Positions 1 through 8,796 of a stretch of 25,575 nucleotides of DNA are shown here, one piece after another. Source of the DNA: Armatimonadia bacterium. GTDB lineage: Bacteria; Armatimonadota; Zipacnadia; Zipacnadales; UBA11051. The DNA is taken from assembly GCA_039683575.1 (NCBI GenBank), contig JBDKRC010000007.1:1-25575 (forward strand), in the 5' to 3' direction. The translations under genes were made by a program, and so were the position numbers. A model generated the notes under the pieces. That model saw only the letters and a program-made list of their open reading frames with translations. It was not told the origin of the DNA and made no database searches. How positions within the stretch are numbered: the first letter of the stretch is position 1; each line of letters begins with the position of its first letter.

Positions 1-1966
1 CCGTCAGGGCGTAGGCGAGTTCCAGTTCGTCGAGTTCGGAGAACTGGTACACGACCGGGCCCAGGTCAAACTGCACCACGAGGCTCTTGCTGGCGGTGTC
101 GATGCGCTCGATCTGGCCGATGTCGCCATTGTAGACGTTCTTGTCATAGTCATTCGCCGTCTGCAGCACCCGGTCGCCTTCGCGGAAGATCTGTTCTCCG
201 CGCCCGACCTCGACCTTGCCGGATGCGGGTGGGTTCAAAGCCTGCTGCAGCGCCACGTTCAGGGCCACCACTCCGGCGGGGCCGCGGTGCATGGGCGTGA
301 TGACCTGCAGGTCGCCGAGGCTATAACCGAGCTTCGGGAGGCTCCGCGTCACCACTTTCATCACGGCCCCTGCGGCGTCCTCCGCGGTCTCCCGCTCCAT
401 CAGCACGCAATCCTCGCCCTTCCATTCGTTGCCGTTGACGAAATGCGGCATCTCGCCCTCGCGGATGAGGTGGGCATGTGCCACAATCTCGCCGCCCTCT
501 TCCTGGCGGAAGATCTCGGTGAGGCGGTTGACCGGGAAGACCCCGCAGCCGATCAGGTCGCGCAGGAAGTTGCCGGGGCCAACGCTGGGAAGCTGGTCGG
601 CATCGCCGATGAAGACCACCTGCGCCCCCGGCGGCACCGCGCGCAGGAGGTCACGCGCCAAAAGCGCATCCACCATGCTGGCCTCGTCCACGATCAGGAG
701 GTCCAGCGGCAGCGGCTCGGCCTCATTGTAGCGGAAGCGGCCCATGCCGGGGTCCCATGACAGGAGCCGGTGAATGGTGCTCGCGGGCTTGCCGGAAAGC
801 TGGCTGAGACGCTTCGCCGCCCGTCCTGTCGGAGAACACAGCGAGACGCGCCACTTGAGCGCTTCAGCGGCGTCGGCGATGGCGCGGGTGATGGTGGTTT
901 TGCCGGTGCCGGGGCCGCCGGTGATGACCGTAATAGGTTGGCGCAGGGCCTCGCATACTGCCGCCGATTGCTTTTCGGTCAGCGGCATGGCGCCCATCTC
1001 GGTGCGCTTGCCCAGCCAGGCGCAGGTCTGATCGACCGACGGCGCCTTCTGCACAAGCTTGTCATTGAGCCTGAGCAGCAGCCCCGCCAGTTGCTTCTCC
1101 GCCTGCAGGCTGTCAGGGAGGAAGTAGCCCTGCTGGCCCTCGGCGTCCTCTTCGATGGCAACATGCTCCGCCTGCACCACCGCCGCGAGGGCCATCTCGA
1201 CGAGTTGCTCATCCACCTGCAGCACACGCTGGGCCTGATGGAGCACCTCGGTACGCGGCAGGTAGAAGTGCCCCTCGCCGACGGCCTCGACGAGAGCATG
1301 AATGATGCCCGCCTGCAGGCGTTGCGGGTCGTCCGCCTTGATCCCCGCCTGCCGCGCCATGCGGTCGGCGGTGAAAAAGCCGATGCCGCGAATCTCGCGG
1401 GCGAGGCGGTAAGGCTCGCGCTCCATCACATGCATGGCGTTGCTGCGGTAGCGCTCGTAAATCCGCCCGGCGAGCGTCGGCCCGGCGCCATGCTCCTGCA
1501 AAAAGAGCATGATCCGGTGGACTTCCTTGTGCTCCTGCCAGGAGCGCGCGAGTTCGTCAGCGCGCTTCTTGCCGATGCCGGGGACTTCGGTGAGACGTTC
1601 GGGGTATTGGTCGAGGATTTCGAGGACTTCCTCGCCAAAATGCTGCACGAGGCACCCGGCGAGCTTCGGGCCGATGCCCTTCACGAGACCGCCGCTGAGG
1701 TAGGCGACGATGCCCTTGGCGGTTGAGGGGCGGATGAGCTCATAGCTCTCGATGCGGAGTTGCTGGCCATAGCGCTTGTGGACTTCAAAGCGCCCGCGCA
1801 CGCGCAGATTTTCGCCGACAACGACGCCGGGGATGACGCCGACGATGGTGATGGGTCTGCCCTGCTCGGGGGTCAATTCAGCAATCGTGAACCCGCGCTC
1901 CGGGTCGTGGTAGACCAGGGAGGTAACGGCGCCGGAGAATTCGAGGGTCTCTGAGGAATTGGTCAT
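1..1966 (-). CDS. recD2: ATP-dependent RecD-like DNA helicase RecD2 (SF1B); 3' end lies outside the window
   Basis: Manual translation from ATG at 1966: MTNSSETLEFSGAVTSLVYHDPERGFTIAEL...GRFEVHKRYGQQLRIESY...YLSGGLVKGIGPKLA, a typical RecD2 N-terminus and HhH. Also Walker A ITGGPGTGKTT (~893-925), Walker B LIVDEASMVD (~668-697) and LELAYALT at the window edge. Not in the ORF track because the stop is outside the window. Confidence 0.95.
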   Translation of the reverse strand, partial: MTNSSETLEFSGAVTSLVYHDPERGFTIAELTPEQGRPITIVGVIPGVVVGENLRVRGRFEVHKRYGQQLRIESYELIRPSTAKGIVAYLSGGLVKGIGPKLAGCLVQHFGEEVLEILDQYPERLTEVPGIGKKRADELARSWQEHKEVHRIMLFLQEHGAGPTLAGRIYERYRSNAMHVMEREPYRLAREIRGIGFFTADRMARQAGIKADDPQRLQAGIIHALVEAVGEGHFYLPRTEVLHQAQRVLQVDEQLVEMALAAVVQAEHVAIEEDAEGQQGYFLPDSLQAEKQLAGLLLRLNDKLVQKAPSVDQTCAWLGKRTEMGAMPLTEKQSAAVCEALRQPITVITGGPGTGKTTITRAIADAAEALKWRVSLCSPTGRAAKRLSQLSGKPASTIHRLLSWDPGMGRFRYNEAEPLPLDLLIVDEASMVDALLARDLLRAVPPGAQVVFIGDADQLPSVGPGNFLRDLIGCGVFPVNRLTEIFRQEEGGEIVAHAHLIREGEMPHFVNGNEWKGEDCVLMERETAEDAAGAVMKVVTRSLPKLGYSLGDLQVITPMHRGPAGVVALNVALQQALNPPASGKVEVGRGEQIFREGDRVLQTANDYDKNVYNGDIGQIERIDTASKSLVVQFDLGPVVYQFSELDELELAYALT

Positions 1967-1987
1967 TGAGAAAAGATAGAGAGAAAG

Positions 1988-2194
1988 TCAGAGGGCCTGG
2001 TTTGCAGAGGCATAGGCTCGACAAGCTCGGATATCATCTATCTCCAGCCCCGGGTAGTTCGCGAGGACATCATCCTCGCTCCAACCTTGTTCAAGCAGCC
2101 CCAGGATGAACTCAACTGAGAGCCTAGTGCCTTTGACTGCCGGCTTGCCCGCAAGTATTTCTGGGTCAACATGTATTCGGTCGCGCCAATGCAT
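1988..2194 (-). CDS. DUF433 domain protein (putative antitoxin-like HTH), 68 aa
   Basis: RIHVDPEILAGKPAVKGTRLSVEFILGLLEQGWSEDDVLANYPGLEIDDIRAC matches the DUF433 pattern. ATG at 2194 follows a GAGGGTGAG purine tract. The longer track ORF (to 2332) reads through a repeat element. Confidence 0.85.
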   Translation of the reverse strand: MHWRDRIHVDPEILAGKPAVKGTRLSVEFILGLLEQGWSEDDVLANYPGLEIDDIRACRAYASANQAL

Positions 2195-2224
2195 ATCACT
2201 CACCCTCACCATAACGGCGGGTGC

Positions 2225-2307
2225 CCCCGTTGTGGGGTCAGTATGGGAAGGGCGCCAGTCACCAGGGGTTTCACCCCTGGCTATATTCGGTGACCCCTTC
2301 GGGGTCA
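2225..2307. repeat. REP-like multi-hairpin element
   Basis: Palindromes CCAGGGG-tttca-CCCCTGG (2262-2280) and TGACCCC-ttc-GGGGTCA (2291-2307), plus a degenerate CCCC-gttgt-GGGGtca (2225-2240), in the intergenic gap. Confidence 0.7.
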
Positions 2308-2336
2308 AACGACGCCCGCAGGCTCCATACATCGAT

Positions 2337-5300
2337 CTATTCCTTCCCCACCGTCAACTCCACCGTCGCCGTCTCTTTCACTTTGTAGTTGTTGCCGCTT
2401 TGGTGGGATACGTAGACCGTGTTGGGGATGATGAACGGCGCGCCTTCTTCGAACTCGTACACGTAGCCCTTGCTGTAGTCGCTGCGGTCCTTGTAGTCGC
2501 GGATGAAGCAGACTTCGCCCAGACAGAGCTTCGTCAGGGCGCCGTCCTTTGTCACGCTCTCGATCTCATAGCACGCGTTGCGGACGCGGTCGTTTTCGAT
2601 GATGATCTGCTGGCCCTTGAGCGTCTCGTCGCCCGGCAGCGTTGCATCTACCCACACGTACCCCTTGCCCTCCATGTCGCGGTCCATGCGGACGATCTTG
2701 CCGGTGTAGCCGGGAGCCGCGAGCGAGATTGCGAACTTGTCCAGGGCCAGCCGCGTCCCCCGCGTCAGCGAGGCCCGCTCGACCTTCCCGTTGCGCACCC
2801 GCAGCCAGCCGATTCCACCGGAGAACTCCGGCCCGCCCTCGCTCTTTATAACCGTGCTGTCGTCGTCGCTGCTGACGAGGTAGTCAACCGCGCCATCGGC
2901 CAGCGTGACCTTGACCGCCACGGCCTGCGCGGCGTCGGGGGCCGTTACCTTGAGCCGCTCGACCTTCGCGATGGCAGGCTTTTGGCTGTACGGTTCGATG
3001 ACCCCCGCGAAGGTCGAAACCAGGTCCTTCCCCGTCCTGTGGGCCAGCAGGTACCGCAGCCAGCGGGGGTTGCCGCCCTTGTTCTGCGGGGGCTCCATGT
3101 CGCCGAGGGCCACGTCGCTGAGCGGCGTGAGGCTGTGATAGCGCACGTGAATGTCGTCCTCGGCCTTCGCGGTCCGCCAACCCGGCTCGACCTGCCAGTC
3201 CACCATGAACTGCTCCGCCGGAGCGGCGTCGCGTTCGACGTTCGTGACCCATGAATACCCGTACTTCGGTCCCCTCGGCTCTTTGCCCCGGTACGGGGAC
3301 TCGGCGCCCATGTACGTCCCCTGCTCCTGCTTCGTCAGTTTCAGGTCGCTCGTCACCGTGCCCGGCATGCCGTGCAGCGAATACAGGTGGTCTTCCCCGC
3401 CCTGCACCCGGAATATATCGAGCGCATACCCCTGGCCGTCTCCGATCCTCACGAAGGCCAGCGTGCGTTGGTACTTCTTCGCCAGCCCGGGATAGACGCC
3501 AGAACTCTCCACCCGCACGGCCCCGAAGTCAGGGTGCTGGCAGAACAGCTCCGGATGGCCGACCCAGTCAGTCTTCTGCGGCTGCCCGTTGATCAGCACC
3601 GTGTTGTGCGAGAGCGTGTTGTCAGTCACATACATCCGGTGCGGCCAATTCGTCGCATACTCGGGATAACCGTGGTCCGGCAGCATGCACAGGCCCTTGT
3701 AGTAAAGGTCGAAATTCAGTCTGTCCGCGTGGCCGTGCCCGCCATTGCGCCCGTAGTACATCCACAGGCCGGTGCCTTCTTTGCTCCAGCCATATTCGAG
3801 CGAGGCCAGACCGTAGCCGGCCATGTTGTGCCCGCCGGCCCACGGATTGCCTTCGGCTTTCGCCTTCTCGGCCAGCGCCACGACCTCGCGCTCGATCTTC
3901 AGGGGGTCGGCGCTGAAGATATCGCGCCCCAACCCCTCGGCCTTGTTGCCATTGGCGTAGTACGCCGCCAGCGCGAGCTTCGGATCACCTGTGTACTTGT
4001 ACCCGCGCAGGATGAACTCAGGCTCGCAGTTGACCTTGCCCGTCGAGCCACAGGAGCCCGTGTCGCCGATATTCGGGGTAGCATAGTTGAGCAGCGCAAT
4101 CCGCCAGCCGGGGGTGAAGGTCGCCTTGAACATCGGGAAATCACGGTAGATGCTGTGCTTGGTGTAGCCGGGGTACTCGGCCAGCAAATCAGCCACCTTG
4201 CCGATGTTGACCCCCCAACTCAGCGCATACCCCGGCGCCGCCTCGGCCCCCGCGCCGTCGCGGTCTATGCCGCCCACAACCACTGTCGGGATGTGCTCGC
4301 CCTTGGCCTCAAACAGGTAGTCGAGCCACTTCTCCGTCTCAGGGTTCTGGTCCAGAGCAATCGCACACGTGGCCAGAGACGTCTGGTTCATGCCCTCATT
4401 CCCGTCGCAGTTCTTCTCGTAGACCGCCTTGGCCCCCTCGCGCAGAATCCCGTCATCGAGGTTCTGGACCAACAGCTCCCGCGTCCCCTTCGCGCGCTTG
4501 AGCTTGAACTGCTTCGCTTTGTCCGCCAGGAAAGCATACAGCGCCGGATCGTCCTTCGTGCCCGAGAGCGCCCTGTCCACCGCCGTCGCAAAGGTGGTCA
4601 CCGTGCCGGTCTCCCAGATCGAGCCCTCGATCTTCCCTCTGCCACCCCCGCCGTCGGAGTGGTAATGCCCGCGCTTGGCGTACGGCGCCCAGTCATAGTC
4701 GGGATAGAGGTCCGCAATCCGGTCCAGCATGATCAGCGCCTTGTGCGCATACTTCTGGTCGCCGGAGTAGACGAAGGCATTCGAGAGCACGTCAACTGCA
4801 CTCTGCAGCTTGTCCCAGTACTGCCAGGTGTAATACGCGACAAAGAGATAGCGGTGGCCGGTCTCGTCATACCATCCCAAACCGTCATCCACGCCATACG
4901 TGTGCAGCGGGTCGTTCGCGTCCGGGTGCTCGGCGTTGAAGAGCAGGCTCTTGTCAGCCTTCTCCTGCCTGAACACGCCGGTCTCGTCTATGCCGCTTTC
5001 GTAGTACTTATTGAAGTCGTTCTTGGGGAAGACCTCGCCGCACGAGGGGCACTTGAGCTTGAACGGCATCTCGAGGTTGATGGCGTACGGGTAGTTGCCG
5101 AACTTGTTGATCTTGTCTTTGCACTTGGGACACCCCGGCCGGCTGCCCTTGTACATGCTCACATCAATCGCCCGCGGCAGCTCCTGCCCGGGGATCATCC
5201 GCCACAGGTCCTCATCACTCTTCTTCACCCAGTAATCAGCCGCCGCCTCCGCGCTCTTGCGCTGGGCCGCCGCCCAGTCGTACTTCGCGCAGTTGGCGCG

Positions 5301-5423
5301 CAGATTAGCGACCCGTTCGGCAGTATAGCGGCCGCCATAGTCGCGCACGGCGTGGACGGGCGTGAGCACGGCGGTGAGAAGCAAGCAGGTCAGGCCAGCG
5401 AGGGCCAAAGTGTGGCAGGGCAT
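2337..5423 (-). CDS. Secreted heparinase II/III-like (polysaccharide lyase-like) protein 1, ~1028 aa
   Basis: ATG at 5423 with GAGG RBS; signal peptide MPCHTLALAGLTCLLLTAVLTPVHA; heparinase II/III-type motifs GGHGHADRLNF...PDHGYP...TLSHNTVLINGQPQ; N-terminal CPKC...CPSC. Confidence 0.8.
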   Translation of the reverse strand: MPCHTLALAGLTCLLLTAVLTPVHAVRDYGGRYTAERVANLRANCAKYDWAAAQRKSAEAAADYWVKKSDEDLWRMIPGQELPRAIDVSMYKGSRPGCPKCKDKINKFGNYPYAINLEMPFKLKCPSCGEVFPKNDFNKYYESGIDETGVFRQEKADKSLLFNAEHPDANDPLHTYGVDDGLGWYDETGHRYLFVAYYTWQYWDKLQSAVDVLSNAFVYSGDQKYAHKALIMLDRIADLYPDYDWAPYAKRGHYHSDGGGGRGKIEGSIWETGTVTTFATAVDRALSGTKDDPALYAFLADKAKQFKLKRAKGTRELLVQNLDDGILREGAKAVYEKNCDGNEGMNQTSLATCAIALDQNPETEKWLDYLFEAKGEHIPTVVVGGIDRDGAGAEAAPGYALSWGVNIGKVADLLAEYPGYTKHSIYRDFPMFKATFTPGWRIALLNYATPNIGDTGSCGSTGKVNCEPEFILRGYKYTGDPKLALAAYYANGNKAEGLGRDIFSADPLKIEREVVALAEKAKAEGNPWAGGHNMAGYGLASLEYGWSKEGTGLWMYYGRNGGHGHADRLNFDLYYKGLCMLPDHGYPEYATNWPHRMYVTDNTLSHNTVLINGQPQKTDWVGHPELFCQHPDFGAVRVESSGVYPGLAKKYQRTLAFVRIGDGQGYALDIFRVQGGEDHLYSLHGMPGTVTSDLKLTKQEQGTYMGAESPYRGKEPRGPKYGYSWVTNVERDAAPAEQFMVDWQVEPGWRTAKAEDDIHVRYHSLTPLSDVALGDMEPPQNKGGNPRWLRYLLAHRTGKDLVSTFAGVIEPYSQKPAIAKVERLKVTAPDAAQAVAVKVTLADGAVDYLVSSDDDSTVIKSEGGPEFSGGIGWLRVRNGKVERASLTRGTRLALDKFAISLAAPGYTGKIVRMDRDMEGKGYVWVDATLPGDETLKGQQIIIENDRVRNACYEIESVTKDGALTKLCLGEVCFIRDYKDRSDYSKGYVYEFEEGAPFIIPNTVYVSHQSGNNYKVKETATVELTVGKE

Positions 5424-5461
5424 GAGACAATAACCTCGTTGTCGGATTGGCAAGATAGCTG

Positions 5462-5488
5462 ATTCCTTTTGCGGCCCGGGTGTTCCTT
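5462..5488 (-). promoter_or_regulatory. Putative sigmaH-type promoter for heparinase-like gene 1
   Basis: Minus strand reads AAGGAACACCCGGGCCGCAAAAGGAAT = AGG-N19-GAAT, ending 38 nt before the ATG. Confidence 0.5.
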
Positions 5489-5524
5489 CTTTCGGGCGAC
5501 GTTCCCGTGGCAGCCGGCGCCCAA

Positions 5525-5551
5525 CAGGTATCACCCTACCTTGCGGCGAAC
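5525..5551 (+). promoter_or_regulatory. Putative sigmaH-type promoter for addBA
   Basis: CAGGTATCACCCTACCTTGCGGCGAAC = AGG-N19-GAAC, ending 35 nt before the ATG at 5587. Confidence 0.45.
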
Positions 5552-5586
5552 TACCAACTATCCTGACCGGGGGGCGTCTCCTCACT

Positions 5587-8500
5587 ATGCCGAATCTCAC
5601 CTACCTCTGCGGCCCGCCCGGCTGCGGCAATACAACCCGCCTGCTGGCGCGCTATCTCGACCACGTCGCCGCCCATGGCAGCGACAGCGTACTGTGGCTC
5701 GCGCCTGATGCCGATACCGCTGGGGCCCTGCGCCAGCGGGCCACGCGCGAGCTTGCGGGCCTTTACGACCCCCGCATACTGACCTTCCCAGCGCTCGCCC
5801 ACAGCCTGCTGAATGCCAACCACGCCGCCGTGCGCGAGCTTGAACCAGCCCAGCGGGAGCTCATCATCCGCGAGCTGGCCGCCGCGCCCGAAGTGGGCCT
5901 GCCCCCGAAGCTGGTAGCATCTCCCGGCTTCATTCGCGCCCTGTCTCACATTTTGGATGAACTGAAGCGCGCCGCCATACATCACGCCGACTTCCAGCGC
6001 GCCCTGCAGCGCCACTTCCCCGGTGATGACCGCACCCAGTCCCTCGGCCGCTTCTATGCCGCCTATCAGGGCTACCTGGAGGGCAAGAACCTCTTCGACG
6101 AGCCCGGTCTCTTCTGGTGGGCCCGCAGCTTCCTCGCCGACGGCAAACGCGCTCCCTTCGGCGACGTCAGCCTCGTGCTCGTGGACGGCTTCACCGACTT
6201 CACGACCACGCAGCTACAGGTACTCCACCATCTCTCGCAGGCGGCGGACGAGACCATCATCTCCCTCCCGCTCGCCGACGACCCGCAGCGCGAGCAGCTC
6301 TTCGCCGCTCCGCGCCGCCTGCTCTCGCGCCTGCAGAGTGCCGTGGGTGAGGGCCAGGTCGAGTGGCTGTCCGCCTCTGAGGGCCGCCCGGAGCCGTTAC
6401 AGCACCTTCTCGACAACCTCTTCCTGCTCAAGCCCGAGGCGACTGACCCCAGTGACAACCTGCAGTTGCTCGCCGCCCCCGGCGTGCTGGCCGAGGTCCG
6501 CGAGATCATGCGCGAGGTCAAAACCATCCTCCTCGACGGCACCCGCCCCGGCGATATCGGCCTGATCTTCCGCTCGCTTGACGAATACCGCCGCCCGCTG
6601 CAGGAGACCGCCCGCGAAATGGGCCTGCCGCTGCTGCTACGGGGCAAAGAAACACTCTCCACCCGCCCCTCCGTGCAGGTCGTGCTGGACCTGCTGCAGG
6701 TGATACGTGGCGACTACCGCCAGGCCGACGTGGTCAAGCTGCTCAAGTCCAACTTCATCTCGCTTGAGGCACTGCAGGACGGGGAGCCGGTACAGCCTGA
6801 GGACGTGGAGTGGGTCGCCTGCGAGGCACGCATCATCGCCGGCCGCGAGAACTGGCAGCGGCAGCTAAGCCTGTACGCCAACCGCCTGCGCCGGGAGTTC
6901 GAGCAGGCAACTGATGAGATGACCGAGGATGACGAGGGCAGCCGGATCAGGCCTCGCTGGCAAGTCGAGGCCGAACGCCTGCTGCTGGAGCGTTGCGCGG
7001 CCCTCTTCAGCCGTCTCGCCACCCGCCTCGACCGTCTCACCTCGGCGCAAACCCGCCGCGAGCATGTTCGCCGCCTGCTGGAACTGCTATCGGACCTGCA
7101 GGTCCCGCGCCGCCTGGTCCACGCCGCTGCCCCGCACGAGACCGCCGCCAACGTAGCTGCGTACCAGCAGCTTCTCGACGCCCTGCGCGCCTACGCTCAA
7201 GCCGAGGCGCTTCTCCCCGCAGCCGCCGCGAGCCCCATCAGCTTCGAGACCTTCTGCGCCGAACTCACCGCGCTTTGCGACAACACAACCTTCGATGGCC
7301 CGCCGCCACAGGAAGGCTGCATTCTCGCTTCCGACGTTCTCAGCGCCCGCCAGGTCCGCAAACCCTACCTCTTCATCGGCGGCCTGGTCGAGGGCTCCTG
7401 GCCGCAGGTCCGCCGCGAGCAGCCCTTCTTCGATGACCGCGAGCGACTGCGCCTCAGCCGCGACGGTATTGCCCTCGCCCTGTCCTCGGAGCAACAGCAG
7501 GACGAAGCGTATCTCTTCTACCTCGCCTGCGCCGCCGCCGAGCGCCGCCTGTACCTGAGCTACCCCACTGTGGACCCAGAGGGCCAGCCGCTGCCGCCAA
7601 CGCACTATGTGGAAGAGGTCACCAGAGCCTTCCTCCCCGACACCCTCCCAGTGCGCCAGCGCAAGCTCTCCGACGTGGTCGTCGAGGCCCGCGAAGTCGC
7701 CTCTCTCCGCGAGCTTCTGGAGCGGGTGCAGAAGGACGAGGACCTCTCTCTGTGGTCGCTCGTGGACCTTCCCGATGGTCGTTCGCGCACCCTCGCCGAT
7801 CACGCCTTCACCTCCGCCGCCGTTGAGAAGCAGCGCAACTCGTTCGACCCGCTGGAATGCCATGACGGCATTCTCTCCAGCCCCGCCATTCACTCCGAGC
7901 TTACCGCGCGCTATGGCCCCACGCGCCCTTGGAGCGCCACCGCCCTCGGCACCTACGGCACCTGCCCCTTCCGCTTCCTGCTGGACCGCGTACTGCACCT
8001 GGAGACGGTCGAGCTGCCTGGCGAGGAGGTCGAGGCCCTGGACCTCGGGACGATCATCCACCGTATCCTGCACAACTTCTTCCTCGGCCGCCCCGTCGGC
8101 CAGCCCCTCTCCCCCGCCGAAACCGAAGCCGAGACGGCCCGCATGGACGCGCTCGTGGATCAGTTCTTCGGTGAGTGGGAGAACCGCGGGCTCGTCACCC
8201 ACCGCGCTCTGTGGCGTCTCGCCCGCGAGCAAGCCCGCCGGGACTTGCGGCAGCTTGTGCAGCACGAAATCGAGAAAATGGGCGACTACGCTCCCCGCGC
8301 TTTCGAGGCCAACTACCGCGCCGAGCTGCCGCCCGACGAGGGCGAGGTTCTGCTGATTCACGGCAAAATGGACCGCGTTGACGTCACCCGCACTGGCGAG
8401 GCCTTTGCCGTGTACGACTACAAGGGCGGCGACGGGAACTCCCCCAACAGCATCCTTAGCGGCAGCGAATTCCAAATGCCCTTCTACACTCTCGGCGCGA

Positions 8501-8796
8501 AGTCCACGGTCTTTGCCGGACAGGACCCGCCGCCGGAGTGCACTCGCTGGGCCTACTACCGCTACAAGAAGCCCGTCCGCCTCTCCAAGATCGTCTCTGC
8601 CGATGCCAAGGGCAAATACCAGGGCATCCAGGATTACGTCACCGCCGCCGTCGCCTTCGCCTACAGGCACGTCCGCAGCCTCCGCCGGGGTCAATTCCCC
8701 CTGAACCCGCAAAGCTGCGACTACTGCGATTTCTCGGCCATCTGCCGGTACACTCCACACCGCCTCGAGCGCAAGCTGGAGGAGGTGCAACCATGA
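5587..8796 (+). CDS. addB: AddB/RexB-like subunit: inactive helicase fold plus PD-(D/E)xK nuclease with Fe-S cysteines, 1069 aa
   Basis: Degenerate Walker A GPPGCGNTT; LVDGFTDFT; WSATALGTYGTCPFRFLL; GKMDRVD...VYDYKGG...FQMPFY; C-terminal CDYCDFSAIC. Its stop overlaps the addA start (ATGA). Confidence 0.88.
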   Translation: MPNLTYLCGPPGCGNTTRLLARYLDHVAAHGSDSVLWLAPDADTAGALRQRATRELAGLYDPRILTFPALAHSLLNANHAAVRELEPAQRELIIRELAAAPEVGLPPKLVASPGFIRALSHILDELKRAAIHHADFQRALQRHFPGDDRTQSLGRFYAAYQGYLEGKNLFDEPGLFWWARSFLADGKRAPFGDVSLVLVDGFTDFTTTQLQVLHHLSQAADETIISLPLADDPQREQLFAAPRRLLSRLQSAVGEGQVEWLSASEGRPEPLQHLLDNLFLLKPEATDPSDNLQLLAAPGVLAEVREIMREVKTILLDGTRPGDIGLIFRSLDEYRRPLQETAREMGLPLLLRGKETLSTRPSVQVVLDLLQVIRGDYRQADVVKLLKSNFISLEALQDGEPVQPEDVEWVACEARIIAGRENWQRQLSLYANRLRREFEQATDEMTEDDEGSRIRPRWQVEAERLLLERCAALFSRLATRLDRLTSAQTRREHVRRLLELLSDLQVPRRLVHAAAPHETAANVAAYQQLLDALRAYAQAEALLPAAAASPISFETFCAELTALCDNTTFDGPPPQEGCILASDVLSARQVRKPYLFIGGLVEGSWPQVRREQPFFDDRERLRLSRDGIALALSSEQQQDEAYLFYLACAAAERRLYLSYPTVDPEGQPLPPTHYVEEVTRAFLPDTLPVRQRKLSDVVVEAREVASLRELLERVQKDEDLSLWSLVDLPDGRSRTLADHAFTSAAVEKQRNSFDPLECHDGILSSPAIHSELTARYGPTRPWSATALGTYGTCPFRFLLDRVLHLETVELPGEEVEALDLGTIIHRILHNFFLGRPVGQPLSPAETEAETARMDALVDQFFGEWENRGLVTHRALWRLAREQARRDLRQLVQHEIEKMGDYAPRAFEANYRAELPPDEGEVLLIHGKMDRVDVTRTGEAFAVYDYKGGDGNSPNSILSGSEFQMPFYTLGAKSTVFAGQDPPPECTRWAYYRYKKPVRLSKIVSADAKGKYQGIQDYVTAAVAFAYRHVRSLRRGQFPLNPQSCDYCDFSAICRYTPHRLERKLEEVQP

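Noticed and set aside
287-1954. Plus-strand ORFs of 157, 318 and 64 aa
   Set aside because: Antisense shadows of recD2, which has all the helicase motifs on the minus strand.
2211-2221. ATAACGGCGGG, also present at 25431-25441
   Set aside because: Only 11 nt with no flanking similarity; chance cannot be excluded.
2195-2332. 46-aa N-terminal extension of the DUF433 ORF
   Set aside because: It translates through the REP-like hairpins; a better start with an RBS lies at 2194.
2106-5462. Long plus-strand ORFs (382 and 696 aa)
   Set aside because: Antisense to heparinase-like gene 1. Long stop-free antisense frames are expected with high-GC codon bias, and no motifs are recognisable.
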